A DNA stretch of 64,000 nt from Gammaproteobacteria bacterium (GCA_965222155.1 CBDCTH010000012.1:2080001-2144000); one strand, 5' to 3'; shown: positions 19,002 through 28,530, counted from the first letter of the stretch. Numbers and translations are program-made. The notes: generated by a model not told the origin, from the sequence alone.

Positions 19002-20192
19002 ATGAAAAAAACTGCCTTTATTGATAGAACAGTTGAAATAACACTCAATCGGCTTGCTGCGTCATTTCCAGTGGTTGGCGTTACCGGCCCACGTCAGGCA
19101 GGTAAAACCACCCTGGCCCGGCACTGTTTTCCAAAAAAACCCTATGTTTCGTTAGAGGATCCAGACTACCTCGACTTCGCGCATACTGACCCGCGCCGAT
19201 TTCTGGGGCAATTTCCACAAGGTGCGATACTGGATGAAGTACAACGCTGCCCGGAATTGTTCTCCTACTTACAACTTATTGTCGATGAAGCCCGACAAAT
19301 GGGACAGTTCATCTTAACCGGTTCTCAACAATTTGGTTTTCGCGCCAAAATCAGCCAAACCCTCGCAGGCCGTATCGGTTTGATTCATCTCTTACCATTT
19401 TCGTTCACAGAGCTGCGTACTGCAGGTGTGGAACCAAAATCACTCGATGACCTCGTTTATAAAGGCTTCTATCCACCAGTTTACGACCGGAACATCCATC
19501 CTTCTGACTGGTATGGGTCTTATGTCCAAACCTATGTTGAACGGGATGTTCAGCAACTTGTCAAAGTCAAAGACCTTAATGCCTTTCGCACCTTTTTACG
19601 AATTTGCGCAGGTAGAGCGGGACAAATAATTAACTTGAGCAGTATGGGAAATGACTGCGGGCTTTCCCATAACACCGTGAAGGAGTGGCTGTCTGTATTG
19701 GAGGCCAGCTATATCACGTTTCAACTACGGCCACACTACAAAAATTTTTCGAAACGATTAATAAAAAGCCCCAAACTGTATTTTTATGATAGCGGCCTTT
19801 TGGCATGGCTGCTGGGTATTAAAGGCTCCAGTCAAATAATCATGCATGCGCTGCGCGGCGCACTTTTCGAGAACTTTATCATCAGTGAACTGGTGAAATA
19901 CCAGTACGCCAAAGGCGAACCGGCAAACATCTCTACGTGGCGGGACAATAATGGTCTGGAAATTGATGTAATTATCGACCAGGACAGCAGGTTAATACCA
20001 CTGGAAATCAAGGCGGGTCAGACTATCAACAGAGATTTTTTTAAGAACCTGAGAAAATGGCTGAAACTGGCCGGAGACGAGGCAGCACAGGCATTTTTGA
20101 TTTATGGAGGCGACCAGGATCAGGATAGAGGTGATATCAACGTGCTATCCTGGCGCCACCTGGAAAAATTGCACGAATGGCTTACCGATTAA
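19002..20192 (+). CDS. AAA+ ATPase (AAA_14 + DUF4143)
   Basis: GPRQAGKTT, ILDEVQR, LTGSQQ, KSPKLYFYDSG, EIDVI...LEIK. Confidence 0.92.
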   Translation: MKKTAFIDRTVEITLNRLAASFPVVGVTGPRQAGKTTLARHCFPKKPYVSLEDPDYLDFAHTDPRRFLGQFPQGAILDEVQRCPELFSYLQLIVDEARQMGQFILTGSQQFGFRAKISQTLAGRIGLIHLLPFSFTELRTAGVEPKSLDDLVYKGFYPPVYDRNIHPSDWYGSYVQTYVERDVQQLVKVKDLNAFRTFLRICAGRAGQIINLSSMGNDCGLSHNTVKEWLSVLEASYITFQLRPHYKNFSKRLIKSPKLYFYDSGLLAWLLGIKGSSQIIMHALRGALFENFIISELVKYQYAKGEPANISTWRDNNGLEIDVIIDQDSRLIPLEIKAGQTINRDFFKNLRKWLKLAGDEAAQAFLIYGGDQDQDRGDINVLSWRHLEKLHEWLTD

Positions 20193-20239
20193 AAGTCGTT
20201 CATACGCAGCTATCAGCATCATCTCCCGAGAAATCCGGG

Positions 20240-20920
20240 CTAACCGCTACCGGGCTGGCTGGAAAAAGGAACAACGTTATTTTCCTCAAAGGCGCCTTTA
20301 GCGGAATCTGCTTCCGTATCCTGCCGGGAAGACTGAATCTCAATGGCAGGAGCCTGTTCAAGGTTCCCAAACAAGTCAGGCTCCAGTTGGTCGATGTCCT
20401 TCACCTCACCCAAAGAAGGCAATTCCGATAATTCCTTCAGGTTGAAATAATCAAGAAACTGCCTGGTGGTTGCCAGTAATTCCGGATGACCGGGCACATC
20501 CCGGTGACCCACTACTCTTATCCATTCACGTTCCAGCAGGGTGCGGATGATGCCGGTACTGAGGCTGACGCCGCGTATATCTTCAATTTCGCCCCGGGTG
20601 ACCGGTTGCTGGTAGGCAATAATAGCCAGAGTTTCCAGCAGCGCCTGGGAATATCGCTGGGGTTTTTCATCATACAGCCGGTTTATCCATCCGGCAAAAT
20701 CCGAACGGGCCTGAAAACGGAAACCACTGGCAACTTCCTTGAGTTCTATGCCGCGTTCGGCATAATCCTCCCGCAACTCATTCAACGCTTTCCTGACTTC
20801 ATTACGGTCGGGTTTCTCCAGGTCATCCTCGAACATGGATAACAGGTCGCTGACACTCAGCGGTTGGGCCAGCACCATCAGCGCGGCTTCCACAATCTTT
20901 TTCAACTCTGCGTGATTCAT
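20240..20920 (-). CDS. scpB: SMC-Scp complex subunit ScpB
   Basis: LETLAIIAYQQPVTRGEIEDIRGV. Confidence 0.96.
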   Translation of the reverse strand: MNHAELKKIVEAALMVLAQPLSVSDLLSMFEDDLEKPDRNEVRKALNELREDYAERGIELKEVASGFRFQARSDFAGWINRLYDEKPQRYSQALLETLAIIAYQQPVTRGEIEDIRGVSLSTGIIRTLLEREWIRVVGHRDVPGHPELLATTRQFLDYFNLKELSELPSLGEVKDIDQLEPDLFGNLEQAPAIEIQSSRQDTEADSAKGAFEENNVVPFSSQPGSG

Positions 20921-21732
20921 ACCACTGCCTTGATGTAGATCGGGCCATTGGCTTCGTTCTGCACCATATCAATCAGGGCTTCTTTTGCCAGTTCCAGTAT
21001 TGCCAGCAAGACCACGATGACGCCTGCCTTGCCCTCTTCCATGACAAACAACTCCTTGAAATCGGTAAAATCGTCAGCGCTGATTCTGTCCAGTATGGAC
21101 ACCATGCGTTCCCTGACTGATAAGGGTTCGCGCTGGATATGATGGTGGGAAAACACTTCGGCGCGCTGCAAGACCTCCGCAAACGTCTGCAAAATGGCAT
21201 CCAGTGACACTTCAGGCGGCCGGCTGCGAATACTTTTATCAGGAAAATCAATAATAGCTGCAAAGCAGTCACGACCAAGGCGCGGCAACTCATCGACATC
21301 CTGTGCCGCCTGTTTATAAATTTCGTATTCCTGCAAGCGGCGCACCAGCTGCGCGCGCGGGTCTTCCTCTTCCTCATCCGGTTTGAGGCGCGGCAGCAGC
21401 ATCCTCGATTTGATCTCGGCCAGCATAGCCGCCATAACCAGATATTCCCCGGCCAGTTCCAGGTGTAGTTCCTCCATCAATTCGATGTAACGCATATATT
21501 GTTCCGTTACCTTGGCAATAGGGATGTCGAGGATGTCCAGGTTCTGGCGTCTGATCAGGTATAGCAACAAGTCAAGCGGGCCGGCGAATGCCTCAAGGAA
21601 TACCTCCAGGGCGTCCGGCGGGATATACAGGTCTTTGGGAATCTCACTCAGCGGAACACCTTGCACTACGGCAAAGGGCATCTCCTCCTGCCTGGCATTA
21701 CCCTGCTGCTGATTTGCCGGTTGGTTAACCAT
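20917..21732 (-). CDS. scpA: Segregation and condensation protein A
   Basis: FAGPLDLLLYLI, IKSRMLLP; ATG 21732 overlaps the end of trpS. Confidence 0.95.
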   Translation of the reverse strand: MVNQPANQQQGNARQEEMPFAVVQGVPLSEIPKDLYIPPDALEVFLEAFAGPLDLLLYLIRRQNLDILDIPIAKVTEQYMRYIELMEELHLELAGEYLVMAAMLAEIKSRMLLPRLKPDEEEEDPRAQLVRRLQEYEIYKQAAQDVDELPRLGRDCFAAIIDFPDKSIRSRPPEVSLDAILQTFAEVLQRAEVFSHHHIQREPLSVRERMVSILDRISADDFTDFKELFVMEEGKAGVIVVLLAILELAKEALIDMVQNEANGPIYIKAVV

Positions 21733-22936
21733 AATCCAGTCCCATGGCCTCGCGCACCTCTGCCAGGGTTTCCCGGGCCATATCCCGTGCAGACTCGCAA
21801 CCCTCGTTAATGATAGCCCGCACCGTTTCCGGATCATTAATGTACTCGTCGGCTCGCTCCTTGATAGGCGCCTGCTCCTTAATAATGGCGTCTATCAGGG
21901 GTTTTTTACAATCCAGGCAACCTATCCCGGCACTGCGGCAACCTTCCTGCACCCAACTCTTGAGATCCGCATCGGAATAGACCTTATGCAGGTCCCAAAC
22001 GGGACATTTCTCCGGGTCGCCCGGATCGTTACGCCTTATCCGGGCAGGATCAGTGGGCATGGTTCTCACCTTGTCTTCTACACTGCCAGCATTTTCCCGC
22101 AGTGAAATAGTGTTATTGTATGATTTGGACATCTTCTGCCCATCCATACCCGGCATTTTCGGCGCTTCGGTCAGCAGCGCCCGGGGTTCGGGAAAGATCA
22201 TTTTCCCGCCACCTTCCAGGAATCCGTCCAGGCGCTCGCGATCACCGATACTGATATTCTGCTGCGTTTCTACCAGGGCCCTGGCTTTTTCCAGCGCCTG
22301 TACGTCTCCTTGTTCCTGGTATTTCCTTAACAGGTCAAAATACATCCTGTTGTTCTTTTTGCCCATTTTCCTGGCGGCCTTCTCCGCCTTTTTTTCAAAT
22401 CCGGGATCGCGTCCGTACAGATAATTGAAGCGCCGGGCCACCTCGCGGGCCATTTCCACGTGAGCAACCTGGTCCTCACCCACCGGGACGTAGCTGGCCT
22501 TGAATATGATGATATCGGCGGTTTGCAACAGCGGATAACCCAGGAAACCATACGTGGTCAGGTCTTTGTCGCGCAGGCGTTCCTGTTGTTCCTTATAGGA
22601 AGGGACCCGCTCAAGCCAGCTTAGCGGGGTGATCATGGACAGCAACAGGTGCAGTTCCGCGTGTTCCGGGATGCGTGATTGTATGTACAATTTCGCCGAA
22701 CCGGGATTGATGCCGACCGCCAGCCAATCGATGATCATCTCCCAGACGTTTTTCTCGACCTTACCAGGCGCTTCATACTCCGTCGTTAAGGCATGCCAGT
22801 CAACGACGCTGTAAAAACATTCATATTCGTTTTGCAACCTGACCCAGTTTTTCAATACGCCATGATAGTGACCAAGATGCAGGGCGCCGGTCGGCCTCAT
22901 ACCGGACATCACTCGCTGGTTAGCTGAACTTGCCAA
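21725..22936 (-). CDS. trpS: Tryptophan--tRNA ligase
   Basis: SGMRPTGALHLGHY, VPVGEDQ, KMSKS. Confidence 0.97.
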   Translation of the reverse strand: MASSANQRVMSGMRPTGALHLGHYHGVLKNWVRLQNEYECFYSVVDWHALTTEYEAPGKVEKNVWEMIIDWLAVGINPGSAKLYIQSRIPEHAELHLLLSMITPLSWLERVPSYKEQQERLRDKDLTTYGFLGYPLLQTADIIIFKASYVPVGEDQVAHVEMAREVARRFNYLYGRDPGFEKKAEKAARKMGKKNNRMYFDLLRKYQEQGDVQALEKARALVETQQNISIGDRERLDGFLEGGGKMIFPEPRALLTEAPKMPGMDGQKMSKSYNNTISLRENAGSVEDKVRTMPTDPARIRRNDPGDPEKCPVWDLHKVYSDADLKSWVQEGCRSAGIGCLDCKKPLIDAIIKEQAPIKERADEYINDPETVRAIINEGCESARDMARETLAEVREAMGLDYG

Positions 22937-22977
22937 TATTATCCCCTTATTATGTTGTTTATCCGCAGATTTGTTTT

Positions 22978-23098
22978 GCCACAGAGGGCACAGAGAGAAT
23001 CGAGTTTCTTTTTAATGTATGTGCAACCTGCATGTAACAATCCATCTTTCCTGTGATTTATATTGTTTTTTCTCTGTGCCCTCTGTGCTCTCTGTGGC
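22978..23098. repeat. Palindromic element family B, copy 1
   Basis: GCCACAGAGGGCACAGAG...CTCTGTGCTCTCTGTGGC; similar to 33267..33389. Confidence 0.8.
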
Positions 23099-23107
23099 AC
23101 AAACAGA

Positions 23108-23737
23108 TTATTCACTACCGGGGATATCCTGTAAATCCCCGCGGCCCTGGCGGACGACTTCAACTGATTCCGAAGTCAGGTCAATGACCGTGGTCAATCC
23201 CATTCCACAGGGACCGGCGTCAATTACCAGGTCAACCTCCTGACCCAGCTTAGTGCTGATGACTTCGGCATCAGTCTCCGGTGATTCATTGTCCGGCAAG
23301 ATAAGGCTGGTGCTCAATATCGGTTCTGCGACCAGTTCCAGCAACGCCAGCAGCGTTTCGTGTGCCGGGATTCTTAATCCGATCGTCTTTTTTTTCGGAT
23401 GTTGAATATACCGGGGCACCTGGTGGGACGCCGGTAATAAAAACGTATACGGTCCGGGCGTCAGGCGTTTTATCAACCGGAAGGCCGTATTATCTGTTTT
23501 GGCCAACGCCCCCACTGTCGTCATGGACGAACATAATAATGTAAAATTGTGTTTATGGTTTAACCGGCGTATGGAAAGTATTCTTTCAAAGGCGCTTTTG
23601 CTGCCCGGCAGGCAGCCCAGGGCAAAACAGGAGTCGGTGGGATAGACAATTACGCCACCCTGCTGCAGAATATGTACGGCCTGGTTTAATAAACGCACTT
23701 GTGGATTTTCAGGGTGGATTTTAAAATACTGGGCCAT
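23108..23737 (-). CDS. yciO: Sua5/YciO/YrdC family protein
   Basis: MAQYFKIHPENPQ, YPTDS, PGPYTF, IGLRIP. Confidence 0.92.
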   Translation of the reverse strand: MAQYFKIHPENPQVRLLNQAVHILQQGGVIVYPTDSCFALGCLPGSKSAFERILSIRRLNHKHNFTLLCSSMTTVGALAKTDNTAFRLIKRLTPGPYTFLLPASHQVPRYIQHPKKKTIGLRIPAHETLLALLELVAEPILSTSLILPDNESPETDAEVISTKLGQEVDLVIDAGPCGMGLTTVIDLTSESVEVVRQGRGDLQDIPGSE

Positions 23738-23771
23738 ATACTCACTATCATATTACTTCTGGCCCGACAAT

Positions 23772-24335
23772 ATGAAATTTTTCCTGGATTTTTTGCCCGG
23801 ACTGGCTTTCCTGGTCGCACTGTTTATCCCCGAAAGCCGGCAAGAGGGATTATACCTGGCGACTAAAGTCCTGATAGCGACGTCGTTTTTGCAGATAATC
23901 CTGGGCTGGCTCCTTACTAAAAAGATTGAAAAACAGTACGTCGTTATTTTCCTGGTGGTACTGGTTTTAGGCAGCGCGACCTTACTGCTCAAGGATGAGA
24001 TGTTTATCAAATGGAAACCGACCATCGTGTTCTGGATCTTCTCTCTGTCCTTCCTGGCAAGTGATTACATCGGCAGTCGTAACCTGTCAGCGCGGTTAAT
24101 GGGGCAAGTGTTCAACGCACCGCAAAATGTCTGGAGTCGGGTCAACCTGTCCTTTGTAGGATTCTTCCTGTTATGTGGCGCAATCAACTTATTTGTCGCC
24201 TATAACTTCAGCACTGAGACCTGGGCAATGTTCAAACTGTTCGGTTTCCTGTTGTTGAATATAATTTACTTGACAGGCGTCGCTATCTTCCTGTCCCGTT
24301 ACGCGATAGAGCAACCACAGGCCGGCAAGAAATAA
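23772..24335 (+). CDS. yciB: Inner membrane-spanning protein YciB (septation protein IspZ)
   Basis: MKFFLDF, FIKWKPT, WAMFKLFG. Confidence 0.93.
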   Translation: MKFFLDFLPGLAFLVALFIPESRQEGLYLATKVLIATSFLQIILGWLLTKKIEKQYVVIFLVVLVLGSATLLLKDEMFIKWKPTIVFWIFSLSFLASDYIGSRNLSARLMGQVFNAPQNVWSRVNLSFVGFFLLCGAINLFVAYNFSTETWAMFKLFGFLLLNIIYLTGVAIFLSRYAIEQPQAGKK

Positions 24336-24336
24336 C

Positions 24337-24624
24337 ATGGACAGACTTGAAACCATCAGATCGAAACTGCATCAGGCCCTGGCGCCTGAACGCCTGGAAA
24401 TAACGGATGATTCTCACCTGCACGTCGGACATGCCGGCGCCGCCGCCGGGGGCGGACACTTTTCCGTCAGGATCATAAGTTCCCAATTCCAGGGTCGTTC
24501 CACCCTGGAGCGGCACCGCCTGGTGTACCAGGCAGTCGACGACATGATGCCCGCAGAAATCCACGCATTGAGTATCCAGGCGCGTACTCCGGAAGAACAG
24601 ACATCAGCAGCCGGCCAGACATAA
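24337..24624 (+). CDS. bolA: BolA family protein
   Basis: DDSHLHVGHAG, GHF, RHRLVY, IHALSI. Confidence 0.93.
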   Translation: MDRLETIRSKLHQALAPERLEITDDSHLHVGHAGAAAGGGHFSVRIISSQFQGRSTLERHRLVYQAVDDMMPAEIHALSIQARTPEEQTSAAGQT

Positions 24625-25433
24625 GGCCATTTTTGAAATGGCCCGGGGGGAAATACCGGCTCCTGTCGAAAATACGCCGCGCCCTGCATCCGGGGAAACG
24701 GTTGATTGAACCGTTTGTCGGTTCCGGCGCGGTATTCCTCAATACCGATTACGCCACCTACCTGCTGGCGGATGCCAACCCTGACCTGATTGGCCTATAC
24801 CAACAGTTAATTGAGGAAGGCCCCTCTTTCATCAGCTATTGCCGTTTTTTTTTTGATGGCAGGCACAACAACGGGGAAAATTATTACGCCTATCGTGACG
24901 AATTTAATGAAACCCGTAATGCCAGAAGGAAATCGGCGCTTTTTCTGTACCTGAACCGGCACGGTTATAATGGTTTATGCCGCTACAATGGCAAGGGCGG
25001 GTTCAATACGCCGTTTGGCCGCTATGACAAGCCCTATTTCCCCGAAAAAGAAATGCAGGCCTTTGCCGCACGCGCGCAAAGCACCACGCTGCTGCAAGCC
25101 CATTTTGACGAGAGCATGGCAAGGGCGCAGCCCGGCGATGCGGTCTATTGCGACCCGCCGTATGTCCCCTTATCGGAAACCGCGCACTTTACCGACTACC
25201 ACACGGCAGGTTTTAGCTGGGATGATCAGGTACGTCTGGCAAACTTTGCCTGTGAACTGGCGGGCAACCGGATTCAGGTTGTCATCTCAAACCACGATAC
25301 CAGGCAGACGCGGGAGTTATATGCCGGGAGAAAGGCAAAAATTTCCCGCTTCAAAGTCAGGAGATACATCAGCAGCGACGGGAACAACCGCGGGGAAGTC
25401 GGCGAACTGCTTGCGGTGTTCAACCCCCGGTAA
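24621..25433 (+). CDS. dam: DNA adenine methylase, Dam family (probable ATA start at 24621; first canonical start is TTG at 24633)
   Basis: RPFLKWPGGKY, EPFVGSG, FLYLNRHGYNGLCRYN, YCDPPY. Confidence 0.93.
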   Translation: MRPFLKWPGGKYRLLSKIRRALHPGKRLIEPFVGSGAVFLNTDYATYLLADANPDLIGLYQQLIEEGPSFISYCRFFFDGRHNNGENYYAYRDEFNETRNARRKSALFLYLNRHGYNGLCRYNGKGGFNTPFGRYDKPYFPEKEMQAFAARAQSTTLLQAHFDESMARAQPGDAVYCDPPYVPLSETAHFTDYHTAGFSWDDQVRLANFACELAGNRIQVVISNHDTRQTRELYAGRKAKISRFKVRRYISSDGNNRGEVGELLAVFNPR

Positions 25434-25467
25434 GCAGGTACTGTCACCTGCCTCCCTGCCTCCCGAC

Positions 25468-25644
25468 CAGTAGTTCCCGCTAACTCCCGGGCACGAGGGC
25501 ATCCTGCCCTCGTGGAGGGCGAGACGCCCTCACTGCCAGAGAAGCAGGCCCCGTGACTCCTCGGGGACAGATTTAAATCTGTCCCCTCTGTTTTCGAATC
25601 CGGCAAAAATCACTGTATTGACCTCGATTTAGCGGGAGCATCTA
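25468..25644 (-). mobile_element. MITE family A, copy 3 (inverted orientation)
   Basis: Approximate reverse complement of 12169..12344. Confidence 0.85.
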
Positions 25645-25757
25645 CCTCCCAGCTATTGATCATAACGGCGGTAATTGGTAGATTAGACGCTGTTCCCCGG
25701 GGAAAAACTCAAAACAGCATACTGAAATACCAGCGCCTCCATTCTCCTGATAGCTTC

Positions 25758-27224
25758 ATGACAAAAACAGACACTGCCTCCTGGGTCGGAAAAACCTTCG
25801 ACGATTTCCTGTTTCGCCCGCAAAAAGGGCTGACCGAAACACGCCGTGATATTAACCTGTCCACGGTTATGACCAATGACATCTCATTGGAACTGCCCAT
25901 TGTCTCGTCCAATATGGATAGCGTGACCGGCGCGGATATGGCCAGGGCCATGGCGATGGAAGGGGGCATTGGCGTTATCCATCGCGCCATGACTATAGAG
26001 AGACAGGCGCGCAAGGTGGCCCAGATTAAACGCAGCCAGAGCGCGGTCATCAAAAACCCTTTATGCCTGCCGTCGGGCGCTACCATTAAGCAAGCCAGGA
26101 AGTTTGCCAAGAACCATGCGATTACCGGCATTCTTATCGAGACGGAACCCGGCAGCGGTATCCTGGCCGGACTCCTGTCGCAACGGGATATGCCCTGGAA
26201 CGGTGACCACGATGGAGAACCGGTTGATCGTTTTATGACGCCTTTCGACCGGCTCGCAGTCGATAAGCCTGACATTTCCATCGAACAGGCCTCAAAAATC
26301 CTGTTTGAAAATCGCATTGAACGCCTGCCGCTGGTCGATGCAGACCGGCGCATCCATGGTTTGATCACGCGCCGGGATATTTTTTCCCTGCGAGAACGCC
26401 CCTACTCCAGTAAAGATGATAAGGGACGCCTGCTGGTGGGCGCGGCCATCGGCGCGCGGGGTGATTACCTGGACCGTTCCGCGGCACTGCTGGAGGCCGG
26501 TGCGGACTGCCTGTTCATAGATATTGCCCACGGCCATTCAACCGTGATGGAAGATGCCGTTGAAAAATTTCGCCAACGGTTCGCTGGCGTGCCGCTTGTC
26601 TGCGGCAACGTAGCCACTGCGGAAGGCGCGCAATTCATGCGGGATATCGGCGCCGATGCGGTTAAGGTCGGTGTGGGTCCCGGGAGCGGTTGCCGCACTC
26701 GCCTGGAAACCGCAGCTGGCGTGCCGCAGTTACAAGCGATACGTGAAACCTGGCAGGCTCTGGGTGATTCGATCCCGATTATGGCCGACGGCGGCATCAA
26801 GACGGACAAGGATATCTTTCTCGCCCTGGTATGCGGCGCAACAACGGTCATGCTGGGCAGCGCATTGTCCGGCACCGACGAGGCGCCCGGCCGAGTCATC
26901 GAAGATCCCGTCACCCATACCAAAAAGAAGATCTATCGCGGCATGACCTCCCCGGAAGCGGTGTTCGAATCTCTGTACGATCCGGAGAATGCCGAAGCTA
27001 CGGATGCGGCCCTGGATACCCCGCCCGAAGGCCAGGAAATACAGGTGCCCTATAAAGGCAGCGTCGGGGATATACTGCATCGTATCCGCGGCCACCTCCG
27101 CTCATCCATCAGCTATGCCGGCGAAGCCTCCTTGCAAGCAGCGCGCACAAAGATTCTGAACAACCCGGAAAAGTACCTGATACCCCTGTCGGAATCCTCC
27201 CGCAGGGAGTCCTACGAACGCTGA
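25758..27224 (+). CDS. IMP dehydrogenase/GMP reductase family protein with CBS (Bateman) domain
   Basis: TFDDFL, SSNMDSVT, CBS pair, DIAHGHS, GPGSGCRTR, ADGGI, YRGM, PEG; no RY dyad in the flap. Confidence 0.9.
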   Translation: MTKTDTASWVGKTFDDFLFRPQKGLTETRRDINLSTVMTNDISLELPIVSSNMDSVTGADMARAMAMEGGIGVIHRAMTIERQARKVAQIKRSQSAVIKNPLCLPSGATIKQARKFAKNHAITGILIETEPGSGILAGLLSQRDMPWNGDHDGEPVDRFMTPFDRLAVDKPDISIEQASKILFENRIERLPLVDADRRIHGLITRRDIFSLRERPYSSKDDKGRLLVGAAIGARGDYLDRSAALLEAGADCLFIDIAHGHSTVMEDAVEKFRQRFAGVPLVCGNVATAEGAQFMRDIGADAVKVGVGPGSGCRTRLETAAGVPQLQAIRETWQALGDSIPIMADGGIKTDKDIFLALVCGATTVMLGSALSGTDEAPGRVIEDPVTHTKKKIYRGMTSPEAVFESLYDPENAEATDAALDTPPEGQEIQVPYKGSVGDILHRIRGHLRSSISYAGEASLQAARTKILNNPEKYLIPLSESSRRESYER

Positions 27225-27234
27225 TAATTACAAC

Positions 27235-27846
27235 TTATATTTCACCCTGATTATTTCTTTTCGCAGGTAACAAATCTTCCAACTCTGCAAAGATTTCTTT
27301 TGCACCCTTTTTATCCCGGTAAATTTCACTCAAGGACAAGCCATTTAATTCGTAGGGCAATACCAGCCATTTATCGGTTTCGTGCAAATAATAATCCGGT
27401 ATTCGCCCGGTTCGGTTATTGGCCGGTTTATACCAGAGTACGGCAACACGGACATCCACAGGCATATTCCTGCGAGTTTTTTGAGAAAGTTGATCAATCA
27501 CGGCCTTGACACTCAGCCCGGTGCCATATACATCATCGACAATCAATAGCCTGTTGTCCGCTTCCAGGTTTTCCAGTAAGTATTGCAGTCCATGTACATG
27601 AATACCCGATACATTCTCGATCATGTCTGCATAAGTGTTCATGCCGGCATAAGAGGTGCGTATGGAAATATGATCCGTTTCCACACCGAGGTATTCGAGA
27701 CAGTCCTGTACACCGATACCAACCGGGCTGCCGCCACGCCACAACCCGACGATAAAATCCGGCCTGAATTCACTTGCATGGATTTTTACCGCGAGCCGGT
27801 AACAATCCAGCAATTGATCCTCTGCGTTGATAAATACTTTATCCAA
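27235..27846 (-). CDS. Purine (hypoxanthine/xanthine/guanine) phosphoribosyltransferase
   Basis: WRGG, LIVDDVYGTG PRPP-binding motif, WLVLPYE. Confidence 0.88.
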   Translation of the reverse strand: MDKVFINAEDQLLDCYRLAVKIHASEFRPDFIVGLWRGGSPVGIGVQDCLEYLGVETDHISIRTSYAGMNTYADMIENVSGIHVHGLQYLLENLEADNRLLIVDDVYGTGLSVKAVIDQLSQKTRRNMPVDVRVAVLWYKPANNRTGRIPDYYLHETDKWLVLPYELNGLSLSEIYRDKKGAKEIFAELEDLLPAKRNNQGEI

Positions 27847-27960
27847 TTCTCAAATCCAAACCGATTAAATCATCCCCGGCGCGGGAAAATGATTTAGCAC
27901 AGGCACCCAATATCTAAAAGTATATAATGACACACAGAATATGGTAGAAAATAATTCCCT

Positions 27961-28530
27961 ATGACCGAAAAGCTCTATCTCTCTGCACAAGGCCAACTTG
28001 AAGATTCGTTCAGATTAGGCAGCCAGGTTCTGAAAAGCGGGTTTAAACCCAAAGTCATTATCGCAATATGGCGGGGCGGGGCGCCTATCGGTATCGCGGT
28101 GCAGGAAATACTCGAATACTTCGGCATTAAAACCGACCATATTGCTATTCGTACGTCGTCTTACGGTGGTATTGAAAAACGTTCGGATGACGTGCGCGTT
28201 CACGGCTTGAATTATTTAATTAAAAATATCAATCATACCGATCCGTTACTCATTGTTGATGATGTATTTGATACCGGCCTGACGATTCACGCGGTCATTG
28301 AAACAATACGGGAAAGGGCAAGACTGAATGCACCCGATGATATCCGGGTCGCCGTACCCTGGTATAAACCCAGCCATAATAAAACAGAGCGTGAGCCTGA
28401 TTATTACCTGCACACCACAGAACAATGGATAAAGTTTCCGTTTTCACTGGAAGGATTGACCATTGATGAGATACAACAAAACAGGCCTTCCATATATGAA
28501 ATCCTGGCGCCGGTGATAACTTCTCGCTAA
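27961..28530 (+). CDS. Purine phosphoribosyltransferase (paralog)
   Basis: WRGG, LIVDDVFDTG, WIKFPF. Confidence 0.88.
   Translation: MTEKLYLSAQGQLEDSFRLGSQVLKSGFKPKVIIAIWRGGAPIGIAVQEILEYFGIKTDHIAIRTSSYGGIEKRSDDVRVHGLNYLIKNINHTDPLLIVDDVFDTGLTIHAVIETIRERARLNAPDDIRVAVPWYKPSHNKTEREPDYYLHTTEQWIKFPFSLEGLTIDEIQQNRPSIYEILAPVITSR

Noticed and set aside
22200-22420. ~70-aa insertion in TrpRS
   Set aside because: A ~400-aa TrpRS with this insertion is, from memory, a known proteobacterial subtype; no repeat signature
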